A stretch of DNA of 64,000 nt. It comes from the human T2T-CHM13v2.0 reference genome, Homo sapiens. The stretch's first letter is position 1. The number at the start of each line of letters is the position of its first letter. A program made the translations under genes and the position numbers. A model generated the notes under the pieces. That model searched no databases, was not told the origin of the DNA, and saw nothing but the letters and a program-made list of their open reading frames with translations. The DNA is taken from NCBI RefSeq assembly GCF_009914755.1, contig NC_060933.1; one strand, 5' to 3'. Below are positions 38,021 through 52,361 of this stretch, one piece after another.

Positions 38021-39881
38021 CTAAAATGGAATTCAGTGAGATATTCTTGTGAATCTTTGTACTCTTATATTTTGGAATAAAACTGGTAAAGAAATGACCT
38101 GTTGTAGGGTTAAATTTTTATTCAAGCCTGGTATACCAATGTGAATGAAACAACTAGGGTGAATGGACTTGAGGGGGAAAATGTTGTAGTAAAAAGAGGT
38201 GGGAAAAGTGACAATAGTGATTTTTTAAAGTTTTTGCTGCTTAAAAATATGAGTGAGCAACCTGGGATAGAAGATGAAATAAACACAGGGAGAAGTGAAC
38301 AGGGAATAGATGGAGTTAAAAGAGCTTATGATTGTAGCTGATACTTTTTGAGGTTTCTTATAAGCCCAAGCTGCCCAGTTCTGATAACTCCCAAGCTGGC
38401 CATAATATATTGCTCCTGCAGCCTATACTATATTACCCCAATTCTCCATGGGCACAGTTGGAGACAAATCTGACTCAAACCAAGATGTCCAACAAGATTC
38501 TTTCTTCTAACAAATTTGACTCCAGTTAGTCTCCACTTGGTACTTAAATTTAGAAATTATATAAAGCAGGTACTAGTAAACCATATTTTCTCTACGTAAA
38601 CAGAAAGCTCGTCAAGTCAAAGTATGAACCATCCACACACCGAGAAGCAGAGACATAAGAACTGTGTCTTTAAAGAGATCATTTGCACAATTTCAATTCC
38701 CAATGGCTTCCTAGTTCCTTCCTAGTTCCTATTTCTAGTCCCTGGTGAGGACTGGCTGAACTATCTTGCCCTTAGCTTGTAAGGGATGTACCCAGGTCCT
38801 TATCACAAATTCCTGTATTTACTGAAGCTAGCTAACATAAACTTTTGTTATTATATCCAAAAAAGCCAGAAAAGAAAAATAAAGTGAGTCCACCAAGAAG
38901 TACTGATGAGCTGATAAGTGGCTAAGAGAATAAATAGGAAAGGTTATCCACTTTATACTACTCATGGTGAATTTTTCTTGTAGTGCTTAGATCTTTTCCT
39001 GCTGACATATCTTTTCCTTTCTATTGCTACCACTGAAATGACCCCTAAAATGATATTCTTGTACTTTAAAAATCCCTAGTTTCTCTAAATTACCTGATGC
39101 TTTCATCAAATGATAAAATTCATAGTAATTAGCTTAGCAAACAAACTTTACTCAATCTGATTTGTAGTGTACATCCAACCTTGTTTTGTTTTCCAATAGT
39201 TTGCTATGGAATATATATTTGTTCTTTTCAGGTCTTTCTAATTGTCAGTTATAAATTTTAAGTTTATTCCCAGCTCTAAGTGGTTGCTCATATTCTTTCT
39301 GCCATACATTATACACTTACACATTTTGAGATGTCTTCTTAATCCCTGCTTCCCTTCTCTGAGACCATTACCCACACTGAAAGCTGTGGGCCACTATGTT
39401 TGTATTACATAATGCAAATTCTGGCTAAAAACAATTGATTGGACCGTGGTAAACACCAGGTAGTCCAATAATATTCTTTTGCCTAAGAACCTGAAATTGA
39501 AATTTATAGACTTCTGTTAGCTAGCTATGGATACTACATGTATAAAAACCTATAATCTTAAGAGCTGGGGCCACCATTTAGGGGTGTCATTTTTCAGCTA
39601 CATGCTATAGCATGGAATAGCAGAAAAAGCTTCAGAGTGAGAATTAAACAGTCTTAGAGAGAAGCAGATATAAAAATCCCCATGACTTCAGAGAGAAAGA
39701 AGCAGGAAGTGAATAGCCACCTTGATGGTAAAGAAACATTACACTGAGAAAGTGAAAACTGGACTCAAACCGAAAAGAGTTACGGTATCTGAATGGATAG
39801 AAAGGAAATATTATTACTTTTATAAAGGACATTAGAGAGATTAATTCCCATGTTGCAGAAGATCAGTTTTTGAAAAATAAA

Positions 39882-40050
39882 ATATATATCTGTCTATATA
39901 TATAGACAGATATATATCTATATATAGACAGATATATATCTATATATGTAGACAGATATATATCTATATATAGACAGATATATATCTATATATATATAGA
40001 CAGATAAATATCTATATATATATACAGGCAGATATATATCTATATATATA
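39882..40050. repeat. AT-rich palindromic simple repeat (TA)n/AGAC
   Basis: direct reading; perfect 36-bp palindrome 39882-39917. Confidence 0.9.
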
Positions 40051-40584
40051 TTAGGGAGTCTAGAGAAGTGCAGTTGCTGGCTGCTTTTTCATTTAGGAAA
40101 TTTTAAGTGATGCAGAGAGTATAACAAACTTTTAGGTACCATGACAAGGCTGTGTCTTTCAATGCCCAAGGATGATGGAAAACATTGAGGAAAAATTTCC
40201 TTCTGGAAAGAAAGGAATCAAAACTGAAAACTTTCCCCTTGACATGTAATATTATAAGAACCTTTACAATGATGAATTTGGCTGGTCCCAACTGATATCT
40301 GCCGGCAGGAAAAGACATAAGATACTACAAGAAAATATCACCATGAAGGAAAGGAGGAGAATTTGAACGAGTAAATTGGTATAGTAATATGGGTCTGGAA
40401 GAGCAATTGACTATGGCTGGAAGTTTTTCCTGAATTTGAGACAGTAACTAAAACATAAATGCTAAGCTAAAACAACTGTAACTTCAGAAACAAATATGGA
40501 GCTCACTTGGCCCAGCAAATTATTGGAGAGAATAGAACAGTCCTTCTTTGAAGAGCCTCCTAAGTAGTATATAAGAACCTGAAC

Positions 40585-40882
<298 letters not shown>

Positions 40883-43119
40883 GAGAACCTGAACCAAGAA
40901 GAGAGTCACTGTAGCAATTATAAAGATGTATTAAGTGACTCAGGATTGTTTTTTAGCTGTAATTTAAGATGTCAACAAGAAAAGTAAGGATAGCCAAAAC
41001 TGGAGCCATTAATGGATGAATCAGAAACTCCATTGAGTCTCTTCATTTGTCATTTGAAAGACTGGTTCCTCTGGTCTCAGGGAATTCATACAGTCTTGGA
41101 CAATTCGGGGTCAAAAGAAACTTAAAAGACATAGCAGATATTCTGCTATTAATAATTTGGGGACTATGGTAACATAAATAATAACTGAATATTTTAATGT
41201 TTGGTGGTAACATGTAAGATCAATTAAAGCTGGGCATGGTGGCTCACACCTGTAATCCCAACACTGGGAAGCTGAGGAGGGAGAACTGCTTGAGACCAGC
41301 AGTTCAAGACCAGCCTGGGCAACACAGCAAGACCCTGTCTCTATGAAAAAAAAGAGAAAAAATTAGGGAAAAAAATGGATTTAGCAAATTTACCTAAGAA
41401 TTGGAAAAATTAAGTATGAGATAATATGAACCTGATTTGTGTGATGACACTGAAAATTGAGAAAAAGAACCAGAAACTGAAGACAGGATAGTAACTCTAT
41501 GGGAGACAGTCCTATAATCAGAGCACACCCTGATAAAAACAGGGAAGATGAAAAGAACCTCTAATTTAGAGAGAAAGACAAAGCTTTCCATTTCTGATAT
41601 CCTAAGAATAAGCTGTTGTTTAAGTAGGTCAAATATGAGTATAAGACAAAGGAATTGGAGCTGCCCATTTGGAAGTCACGAGTGTAGAATAAATAGCTTT
41701 TATTTGCACAATGAATAATCAATACAATTTTAAAGAAGAACAGATGGTAGAAGACAAAACCTTAGGGACACCTCAGCAAAATGAGAAGGAAGAGAAGCTA
41801 GTAAGTAAATGATAAAGAAGCACTTAGAAGATAAGATCTGATTCAAGTTGTACAATTCAAACTGGGTAAGTGAGAACTTCAAGCTAACAAAAACGATTAA
41901 AGTATGCACTGAAAAGTAAGCAGTGGTGATCTTAAAGTCAGAAATTTAGATAGAGGCATGAATTCTGTGGGATTTGACTGCAGGAGTTAAGGAGAAAATG
42001 GAAATGATGATGTGCTATAGATCATGGGTCTAGAGAATTTCCTAGTGAAAGGAGAGAAACGGAAATAACTCAGGGCAGGAGCATCATGCCAAGAGATTTG
42101 CAAAGAGGGCAGATCTAAGAATGTCCAATACATAGGAGAAAATTTGATACCGTAGGGTCTCGGAGTATGGGTGGAGAAAAGGAGAAAAGCTGAGGATATT
42201 AGGAAAAGGGAGGATGCTTTTTTTAAAAAGCACTGATTTATATAAGGTAAGCAGGAGTGGGATCGAGAATAGCTAAGAGGGTCACTGCTCCTTCTGAAGA
42301 CTGAGCAATTGAGCACAGGAATAAGGATATGTGGCTATATGGAAGGGTCAGTTAGGCATCTGAGGGGCTGGTACCAAGTTTCAGAGCCTTGATTTTCACC
42401 TTTTATCCTACCACAACCTGAGTGGTGTGACAGATAGTATTATTGCTTCCTGTGGCAAGATTATACCTCCCAGCCCCTTCCAAATGCATAGCCTTTTGAA
42501 TTATAGCGCACTTCCCAGTGGAAGGATTATACGTTCCTACCATGTTGAACTCAGGAGTGGCCAGATGGCCTGCTTTGACCAATAAAATATGAGCTGAAAG
42601 GGATATCTACAACTTCCAAGCAGTGACTTTAAGAGTTACCATGTGGTTCCACTCACCCTGTTTTTTTTTGCCTCTGCCATGAGACCAGAATTTGCTAAAT
42701 GGAGAATGCTCTTTCAGCATAGGTCCCCAAATAAAGATAATATGGAATAGGGCTGTGGCTTGAGCAAGCAATCAATTTTTCTTATTGTAAGTAACTAAAA
42801 TTTCAGGGGCTCATTCCTTCATGGAGCAAAACTGAGTGGAAATTGACTGATACAGGTGATATAACCAAACTCCCGTAGTTAACACTAGCTCACTACTATA
42901 GCGAACCTCACAAAGAACCTCTCATGTGAACAAGTTCATAAAAGGAAGAGATATTAGAATCTCTCAGGTTACAGAATCTTTGTAGTTTGAAATATTCTTT
43001 CCTCAGGAAATCCTGATTTTTTCTATTGCTATTTTCTAGTTAAGAAAGAAAGGTCTAGGATCTTTAAGAAGAATTTCAGAATAAATTATTTGCTGAAAAA
43101 TTTCAAAGTTACAACTTAC

Positions 43120-43254
43120 TTCCATCAGTTTCTTTTTGCTTGGGTCTTGCTATTTTACTTGGACAACCTTGACTGGGTCTTTTCCCCTTCCCCAACCATG
43201 GTGCTTCTCCTTTTTCCAACTTGGAGATCATGTCTGGTTTGGGAGCTTGACACC
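43120..43254 (-). CDS. ZFP37: ZFP37 coding exon 3 (KRAB-B box)
   Basis: CAG|GG...GGAA|GTAAGT; 135 nt; encodes CQAPKPDMISKLEKGEAPWLGK. Confidence 0.95.
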
Positions 43255-43548
43255 CTGCTCATGAGAAATAGCAGAAACTGAGTGTTAGAACAACCATCCC
43301 AGAAATGAAGCCCCAGCATTTGTACTTCAGGGCCTAAAGAATACATGGCTTCTGGAGTTTCACAATATGAATGCCAGGTCAGCTAAATAGACCTTCCATT
43401 TTGGAGGCAGGGGCACAAATATCCTGCCTAGTACCCAAAAAAGAAGAAAGCCCTTTGACCCACAAAAATGAAGGCCAAACTTATCAAGGACTCCAGAGAG
43501 AAGGTATCACAGTGGACACATTTTGAATTACAAAGGAATTGTTCTTAC

Positions 43549-43675
43549 CCATTGAGGCTTGGTTGCAGTAGTTCTCCAGCATCACATCATTATACAGGTT
43601 GCTCTGAGCAGGATCCAGTTGCTTCCATTCCTTCTGGGTAAAGGCCATAGTCACATGTTTGAATGTTACTGATAC
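43549..43675 (-). CDS. ZFP37: ZFP37 coding exon 2 (KRAB-A box); alternative acceptors at 43675, 43633 and 43630
   Basis: 127-nt exon, CACAG|GTATCA...ATGG|GTAAGA; [34 protein letters not shown]. Confidence 0.95.
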
Positions 43676-43860
43676 CTGTGATAGCATATTCCTGTTCATG
43701 CTAATGTTATCCACATTTGGTGAGTGATTTGGACAAGATAATAATTTGTTCTTACCTTGACTACTCACTGTTGATCATGATATTATAAAGGATACCTATT
43801 CTCTACTCAATTTTTCATTATTTTGAGAAACAAAAACCATATTAAGAAATGTCCCTACTG

Positions 43861-44150
<290 letters not shown>

Positions 44151-44381
44151 AGAAATGTCCCTATTGTGAATTTATTTATTCAAGAGGATAGAATCACGTG
44201 CATATCGGAGAGAAAGACAAATAGCCAAAAAAAAAAAAAGAAAAGAAAAAAGGAACAGAATCAATCTTTGTCTCCTCTTCTATAACAGGGGATGCTAAAA
44301 GGCTATTGAGCAGTATTTATAGTTCTGAGGTAGAAGAATTGAGACCCTTGATTTTTGTAACCAGTCAAAGAAATCATTTAT

Positions 44382-44668
<287 letters not shown>

Positions 44669-45194
44669 TTATGTTTGGCAGCAAAAGTAAGATATTGTAG
44701 GCATGTAAGAATGCAGAATGTACACTACCAATGTTCTTTAGAAATAAAGGAGAAAGTTGGGGAGAAATAGAGGAAGGGGGAAGGGGAGGAGAAAGAGGAA
44801 AAGCAGCAGAAAAAGAGAATGAATGATTTTTAAAAGAAGTAAAAATGGATCAGAATAAAGATTTCAAAATTGGGAAAGACTTAATATGCAAGACAGAGCT
44901 ATGAAAAATACAACCAGTAAAATGTCTAGTTAAATCTAAGTAACTTGATAATGTGCTTGTACAACTGTTATGAAAGTATCCTTAAAATCAAGAGGTATGA
45001 TATTAAAAAATAAGCAGAACCCTAACTAGGGGGGTGGGAGTAGGGAAGAAATTAAAGTATGTTGAAGTCCTCTTATTAGGCAGGTGGGGGAGGACGGCAC
45101 AGCTATTGGAGAATTTTGATACTAATAAATATATTCAAACATGTTTGTCTAACATTTAAAGATAATCCCTTATCCTTACAGGCAACCAAATTTT

Positions 45195-45512
45195 TTTTCC
45201 TTCTTTTTTTTGCAGTGGGGTGGGGGAGCAGATAAAGTCTCACTCTGTTGCCCAGGCTGAAGTGCAATAGCGTAATCATAGCTCACCGACACCTTGAATT
45301 CCTGGACTCAAGCAATTCTCCCACCACAGCCTCCCAAGTAGCTGGGACTATAGGCAAGCAACACCCATGCCTGACTGATTTTTAAATTTTTTTGTAGAGA
45401 CAGGTTCTTGCTATGTTGCCCAGGCTGGGCTCAAACTCCTGGGCTCAAGCAATCCTTCCACCTCAGCTTCCCAAAGTGCTGAGATTACAGATGTCAGCCA
45501 CTGTGCCTGGCC
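45195..45512 (-). mobile_element. AluJ-like
   Basis: antisense dimer. Confidence 0.85.
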
Positions 45513-46139
45513 AGACCACCATTCAATTACCTGCAAAAGTCATCAAATTAGCCCCACAGACCTGTAGTCACTGACTACCAATAATTTCCCATCATTGATT
45601 GTCACTGGCCTTCCAATCACTGAGCTGATACAGACAGCCTTGCCTAATTACTGGGCCTATAGTTCCAAAATGACTGGGTAAAGCAAACCTCCCAATCAGT
45701 AGCAGCAGCAGATCTCCCCAGCCACTTGCCCCCACAGACACTCCAATCACATATTCTCACAGGTTCCTCAACCAATGATACCCACAGGACACTGGTAATC
45801 TATCTCCTATTACCCCAAATCCCTCATCTTATCAATCCCCAATCACTAAACAGAATTCTCAAGCAGTGGCCTTTATAGAAACTCTAATTACTGCCAGCAA
45901 ATTCCACTCCTCCCTCAACCTCTTTAGCCACTCCCTTCATTTGCATGCTTCACCTGAAATCTACCTGTCTCCTGAGGATCCTGCTTCCTTATAGGAGCCT
46001 CAGAGGAGTGGAGGCTGTCTTTCCTGCACCACCCCTCTCCCTGCCATGACCCATGTACCTCAGGGTCTAAAGATGAGGTAAATGATTACTTTCAACAATT
46101 TCTCATTCTTCCTTCAAAATTCATAGCTTATTTATAGTA

Positions 46140-46680
46140 TCACCAGGTTTTCAGCCATTAACCCTTCTGGGTCCGGTGATTTGCTAGGAGGACTCACATG
46201 ACTCAGTATATAATTGTACTCATAGCTATTATTTATTGTAGCAAAAGTGTACAAAGTCAGTTAATCAGCATGAGGTAAAGTCCACAGGACACCAGGCACC
46301 AGCATCCATGAGTCCTCTCCCAGTGAAGTCATATAAAACATGCTTAATTCCTCTGGAAATGAGTTATAATAACATGTATGAAATGTTGTCTACTAGGGAA
46401 GCTCATTAGAGACCAGTACTGCCTAGGGGTTTCACTGGGGGCTGGTCAAGTAGGCACTCTCTGCCTGCATGTACAAAAATTCCAGACTCCCAGAAGAAAG
46501 CAGGTGTTCAGCATAAACCACACTGTGTATTCTTTAAGCACTCGGAACTACTCTTAATCAGTTCCAGGAATGGTGGGATCCTTCCTGAAATCTAATTTCC
46601 CAGATGACAGCAAAAAGCAGACCTTGCAGCAGGCCTGTCTAAGGATAGCAGTTTTTCACTTCTATGTTAACTCTGTTCTG
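46140..46680. mobile_element. LTR fragment, MER21-like
   Basis: ATTTGCTAGGAGGACTCAC...CAAAATTCCAGACTCCCAGAAG...GGTGTTCAGCATAAACCA. Confidence 0.65.
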
Positions 46681-46699
46681 CAGTCATCCCACCCAATTC

Positions 46700-49335
46700 A
46701 CTGAAAACTTTAGCACCAGCTAAATTCCTGCCATAATGCTGCACTACCTCCGTATCAACGTGGAAGAGCCATTCAACACCCTTGCCTCTCTTTTTCATGA
46801 GGTCAGCAACCTCTTCTTCCACTCAAATTCAGCCACCTATTCATCAATTATCTGCACTTACACCTTGCCATCACTATACCACCTGCAAAAATCTCTAAGA
46901 CATTCCGCCCTCTGACCATCATTTCCTATCCTGCTACTTTTTCTAGTACTTTCACTCCAATAATTCTCCAAACTCATTGAGCCCTCTGATCCTAACCACT
47001 TTTTCACAATCTTCCACCTTTACCTAGCCTTTCTTTCTTGTTCAGATTCCTTGTTCTAGCACCATACACAATCAATTAAAAACTATAAAGTTTTAACTTC
47101 CTTGATTCTCTTCTTCTCCACTGTACTCACCTGTCAAAGCCTCAACCTTGGTTAAATCCAACTCTCCTCTTAATCTCTGCCTGAAACCTTGCAACTGAAC
47201 ATTGCAAGAGAAAAATCAAACTGCTGAGTGGACTAACTTCAAATTTATAACACACATGCCAAATGGACACCTAATCCTGTCAGTAGTCCTACTACCTAAC
47301 CCTAGAAAATACACCTTTCCTTTTTCCTAGGTGATTATTTTGAACATTCTCCTTTTTAACTCTGAAAACTCCAACATCTACTCCTTTCCCACTCTTGGCT
47401 GATGAATTTGCTTTATGCTTTCAAGAGAAAATAAATCCAAATGGACAAGAATTACCCTGTCTTGTTACCACCAATTCCAGCAACCTGTTTCCAAACTCAT
47501 ATACAATATACCTTCTCTTCTGTTAAAATGGAAAGTCTTCCTTCTCTCACCTAAGGCCAGTTTCTCCATTTGTGCTCTCAATCCCATCCCCAACTGCCTT
47601 CCCAAAGACTTCACTCCTGCAAGTACCTCTTTCTGTTTTGTAACATCTGTGTCTCCCTTTTATTTGGGTCATTCCCATTGACACACAGAGTTGTCTTAAT
47701 ATCATTCATCTAAAGAAAACCCCCTCTTGATTTCATATCCTATACAACGTCCATTTCTCTGCTTCCTTTACCAGCAGAACTCCTCATAACTGTTGCCTAT
47801 ACTTGCTGTTTCCACTTCATTACCTCTCATTCTTTCAACTCACTCTAACAGGATATTATCCCCTTAACTCCAATAAAAGAGTTCTAATCAATCAAAATAA
47901 CCATTGAGCTACATACTGACAAAATCAAATGATCTCTAGTCCTGCTTTTAGGACTCAAAAGCATATATGACAATTGATTACTTCTATTGTCTTGAAAGGC
48001 TTTCTTCTCTATGCTACTTTGACACCCACTTGCACAGTTTTCCTCTTACTTCAATGGGCACCCCTTATTCTCTCTGTTGTTTTTTGTCTTCTACCAGACT
48101 TTTAAATGTCAGAGTGACCCAGCCCTCTGTCCCTGGCTCTCTTCTCTTCCCTATCTGTCTTCTCTTCCTAGGTGACCCGAGCCAATCTTAAGGCTTTAAA
48201 TACCATCTTTATTGTGATGCATTTCAAAAATGGTTCCCTAGCTCACCCCTTTCCTAAGTTCCAGATTCATATATATAGTGGCTACCCAATATCTCTAGGT
48301 AGATGTGCAATGAGCATTTTGACACGGCCAAAATAGAGCCACTGACATCACCCCAGATCCCATTTCCATCCACCAAATCTAGTCTTTTCCACCATAACCC
48401 TTTCCATTCAGAAAATAGAATCACCATCCATCCGGTTCTTCAGGTTAAAAGTCTAGATGTAAATCTCGATTCTTCTCTTTCCTCATACTCCATATATCAA
48501 TACATTAGTAAGTTCTATTGCTTATCTCCAGATGTATTCTGAATTTGATTTCATTTTGCTGCTACAACTCTATTCTAAATCACCATAATCTCTTGTCTTT
48601 GACTATTGCAAAAAGTTCCTAACTGACCTCCCTATATCTACCTACTCTTGCCCCTCTGCAGTCCGTCTTCCATGAGGTAGCCATGGTGATCTTTTCAAGG
48701 TGTCAGTCAGAACAGATCATTCCCCTGCTTAAACTCAATGGCTTCTCACTGCATCTAGAATAAAATCCAAATCCTTACACTAGCCAATAAAATCCTACAT
48801 TATCTGATACCTTCCTACCACTATGATTCACAGCTTTCTACTTTCCCTCTGACTGTGCTCCAACAGCACTAATCTTCCTTCTCTTTTTTAAGCACACCAA
48901 GTTTACTCCTACCCCAGGTCCTTTGCAGTTGATGTTTATTTCTTCCTGAAACACTCTTTCTTCAGATCTCTGCATGGCTGCCTCCTTGTGATGATTTATG
49001 CCTCAACCCAACTGTCATTTGCTAAGGAAAGCTTTCCATGACTAACCTGGCTAAAGTCATGCACTCCCTACCCTCAATCACTCTGTACCACACCATCCTC
49101 TTTTACTTACTTCAGCACTTATTAGTGTCTGGAATAATTTTATTTGTTTATATTTTATGATATCTTTCATATTTCTATAATGTAAGTCATTGAGGGAGGG
49201 ATTCTGGTTTTGTTTCCTGGTGTGTCTCCAGCATTTAAAACATTCCCTGGTTTTGAGGACAAAGCAGGGACTGCAAAACAACAACACCAAACAAATAAAA
49301 TAAAAAATACCCCCTGGCATAAAATAAATGCTCAT
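46700..49335 (+). mobile_element. long L2 fragment
   Basis: C/T-rich L2 text (GTCCCTGGCTCTCTTCTCTT; GAATAAAATCCAAATCCTTA); boundaries approximate. Confidence 0.75.
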
Positions 49336-50310
49336 CTTACAGACTGTTCCTACTGTTCCTGCAAGTTTTCAATCACTGACACCCAAATACTCCCCAATCA
49401 CTAACCTTCACAAACTTCTCCCAATTATGGATCTCTGCAAGTTCCCAACTATCACTCTCCACAGAACAATCATTAACCTCCACAGATCTCCAATCACTGA
49501 CCACCAAAGAACCCTCAATCATTAAATGCAGCAATCCCCTCAAACTCCTGACCCCCTTAGACTTCTAGTCACAGAATCATAGAGGATCTTCAATCATTAA
49601 TTCCTACTAATCACCTCATTACTCAAAGCACAGTTATTACTGCTAGACACCACCTAATTATTGACCTGCATACATCCCCAATTACCTTTTCTCCCCAGAT
49701 GACATACAAATCATCTACCATCCCCAGAGACACCTCAACATTGACTCCCCAAACTCCAACAGTCATATTCCCCCCTCACTGGCCCCCCGATTCCTCCATT
49801 ACCCACTGACCCTCAAAGATACTGCTAATCAAACTTCCACAGACATCACCGTCACTGACTCCCAAGCCCCAATCTCTGATGCTCCCAGATGCTCCCAATC
49901 ACTGAATTTCCCAAATCCTAACACTGACCCTCTTTGATAACCCAGGCTCTAACCACCACAGGCACCCATAATCGCTGGCTCCCATAGACATCCCAAACCG
50001 CCAACCCCCACGGTCCTTCCCTATCTCTGACACATCACAAAGCCTCCATTTCTGATCTCCTTCCAAACTCCGACACTCGGTGACTGCCACAGACGCCTCC
50101 CCATCATTGTCTCTGCAGATCCCTCCTAATACTGATATCCTAAAGCCAAATCATTAACCCCACAGATAACTCAGAACACCGACCTCCCAAAAGACCATCT
50201 AGCATCGATTCCACCAATTCCCAAATCACCTATCGTCACAGACTACTCCAATCACTGCCCCGCAAGTACACCATCTCTGACCGCCAAAACACCCTGTCTC
50301 ATCACAGCTC
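49335..50310. repeat. degenerate ~25-bp tandem repeat (CCAATCACTGAC-Cn-CACAGA-like); related block at ~45520-45900
   Basis: recurring (C)CAATCACTGA, AATCATTAAC and CACAGA cores at roughly 25-bp spacing. Confidence 0.6.
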
Positions 50311-50314
50311 TCAC

Positions 50315-50446
50315 CGCGGCGCTGGCCTCGGGCTCGGACACAGCCATCTCCAGTGGTCGCCCGGCCTCTTTGGTCGTTTCCGCACTTCTCCTCCGGTCCA
50401 CGGTCTCTGGCTTTGTCAGAATCTGGTCGCCGCTGGAGACCGACAT
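50315..50446 (-). CDS. ZFP37: ZFP37 coding exon 1
   Basis: GCCGCCATG Kozak start; 44 codons MSVSSGDQIL...EASAA; donor GCG|GTGAGA; 132+82+135+1544 nt gives 630 aa plus stop. Confidence 0.96.
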
Positions 50447-50870
50447 GGCGGCTACCCGGAGGGCGGCCTTAGCGGGTCCGGCAGCCGCGATGGCGGCGCC
50501 CTTCGGTAATAGCGCACGGGCGCGGCCATCTTGGCAAACACTCAGCCGTACAGCGGAAGTGCGGGGACTTCTGGGACAATTAGATCGGGAGGTGGAAGCT
50601 GGCGAGGGCGTTACTTGCAGGATGCAGGAGTGATGCGATCAGAGCCAGCCGGAACCGAGTTCCGTTACGCACTACAGGACTGACCTGGGCCTGACAACCC
50701 ACTGCCGGAGTTCGGATCGCATCACTGTCGGAAGATATTTTACAGAATTTGGAATTGCTTTTCCGAATACATGTCAGTGCGGCCAGCGGCTAGAAGTCCG
50801 GGAATCACAACGCTTAGTGCGGACTTTAGAAAGGCAGGATGCGAGAAATTGGAAGCATAACGGAGAAAAG
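50447..50870 (-). promoter_or_regulatory. ZFP37: ZFP37 CpG-island promoter and 5' UTR
   Basis: YY1-type GATGGCGGC (~50489) and GCGGCCATCTT (50522-50532); ETS GCGGAAGTG (50553-50561); CpG dense. Confidence 0.85.
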
Positions 50871-51169
50871 CCTGATCGAACAAATAACATTATTTTATAG
50901 GGAGAGGACGTTAATCTTTGAGATATACGATAAATCTTTTCATATATAGTATAAGAACAATAAGAAAAACTGAAACAGAAACTTAAGTAAACACACCACT
51001 CCTCCGTGAGAGCCCGGGTTTGGTGAAGATATTTCACCAGAATAATCAAGCACTTGGAGAAATAATTCCTTAATGCGCCATTTCATGCATTAATTGCATT
51101 CATTGAATATGTGCAGGTTAGGTGCTGCGCTATGCAAGGTACTGGAAAAAGAGTGGAGAGGGGTAGGGA

Positions 51170-51780
51170 TGATGTAAGTCCAGAGTCCAAAGGCCAGAAA
51201 ACCAGGGTCTCCAATGTCAAAAGGCAGAAGATGAATGTCCCAGCTCAAGAAAAAAGAAAAGGTGGGAGGGAAGTGGGGATACTTAACGGGTTTTTAAAAA
51301 AAAAGAAAAGAAAGAAGGAATAAGACCTAGTATTTGATAGCACTACAGGTGTATATATCCAATAATAATTTAGTTGTACATTTCGAAATAACAAAGTATA
51401 AATGGATTGTAACACAGAAGATAAATGCTTGAGGGGATAGATACCCCATTTTCCATGATGTGATTATTGCACTGTGCATGCCTGTATCAAACTACTTCAT
51501 GTACCCCATAAATATACTCACCTACTATGTACCCACAAAAGTTAAAGATTAAAAAAAAATAGAAAAGAGGATTCACCCTTCCTTTTCCTTTTTGTCCTTT
51601 CAGGCCCTCAGTGGATTAGGTGGTGGCCACCCACATTGGTGGGGGCTTTTTTATTCAGTTTGCTAATTCAAATGCTAATCTTTTCCCAGAAACACACTAA
51701 CAAACCCAGAAACAATGTTTCACCAGTTTTCTGGGCATCCTTTAGCCCAGTCAAGTTGACCGATAAAATTAACCATCACC
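51170..51780. mobile_element. MLT2-like LTR fragment interrupted by an L1 3' end (~51265-51560)
   Basis: GTAAGTCCAGAGTCCAAAGGCC...CCAGTCAAGTTGACCGATAAAATTAACCATCAC; L1 end GTACCCCATAAATATA. Confidence 0.75.
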
Positions 51781-52179
51781 CTAACCATGATATACACAGA
51801 CTTCCAGGTTACAGAATCTGTGAGATAATAGGTTTGTGATACTTTAATCCACTAAAGCTGGTGATAATTTGTTATCCAGCAATACTAAACTAAGGACTCA
51901 GTGAAGACTGAAAAATAATTGATGGCTTGAAATTACTCTTCACCTACTTAAGACACGGCCCCCTACACTGTGTTCCTGACAGAGTATTCTTTGAGCATCA
52001 CCTTTGTACGGATAGGCAATTGCTTTGTTTCTGCCTCAGATATGGTCCTGACTTTAATTGTTCCTGATATTAGAGTCGTAAAAAGGTACAATATTTTTTT
52101 CAATACCTCTCCTTTCCTTTCTTCCTCACAAATCAGAAAGAGGGGCAGTTCAGTTTCTCAAGGATTTTCTTGAAACCAA

Positions 52180-52361
52180 CATATATATACATAATATATA
52201 CATATATATACATATACACATATATACACATGTATACATATATACACATATATACATATATACATATATACACATATATACATATATACACATATATACA
52301 CACATATATATACATATATACACACATATATATATACATATATATACACATATATATATAT
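52180..52361. repeat. (TA)n/(TACA)n simple repeat at the macrosatellite boundary
   Basis: direct reading. Confidence 0.95.

Noticed and set aside
49335-50310. Possible CRISPR-like repeat-spacer array
   Set aside because: Units are degenerate and contiguous with no unique spacers; mammalian DNA with no cas genes.
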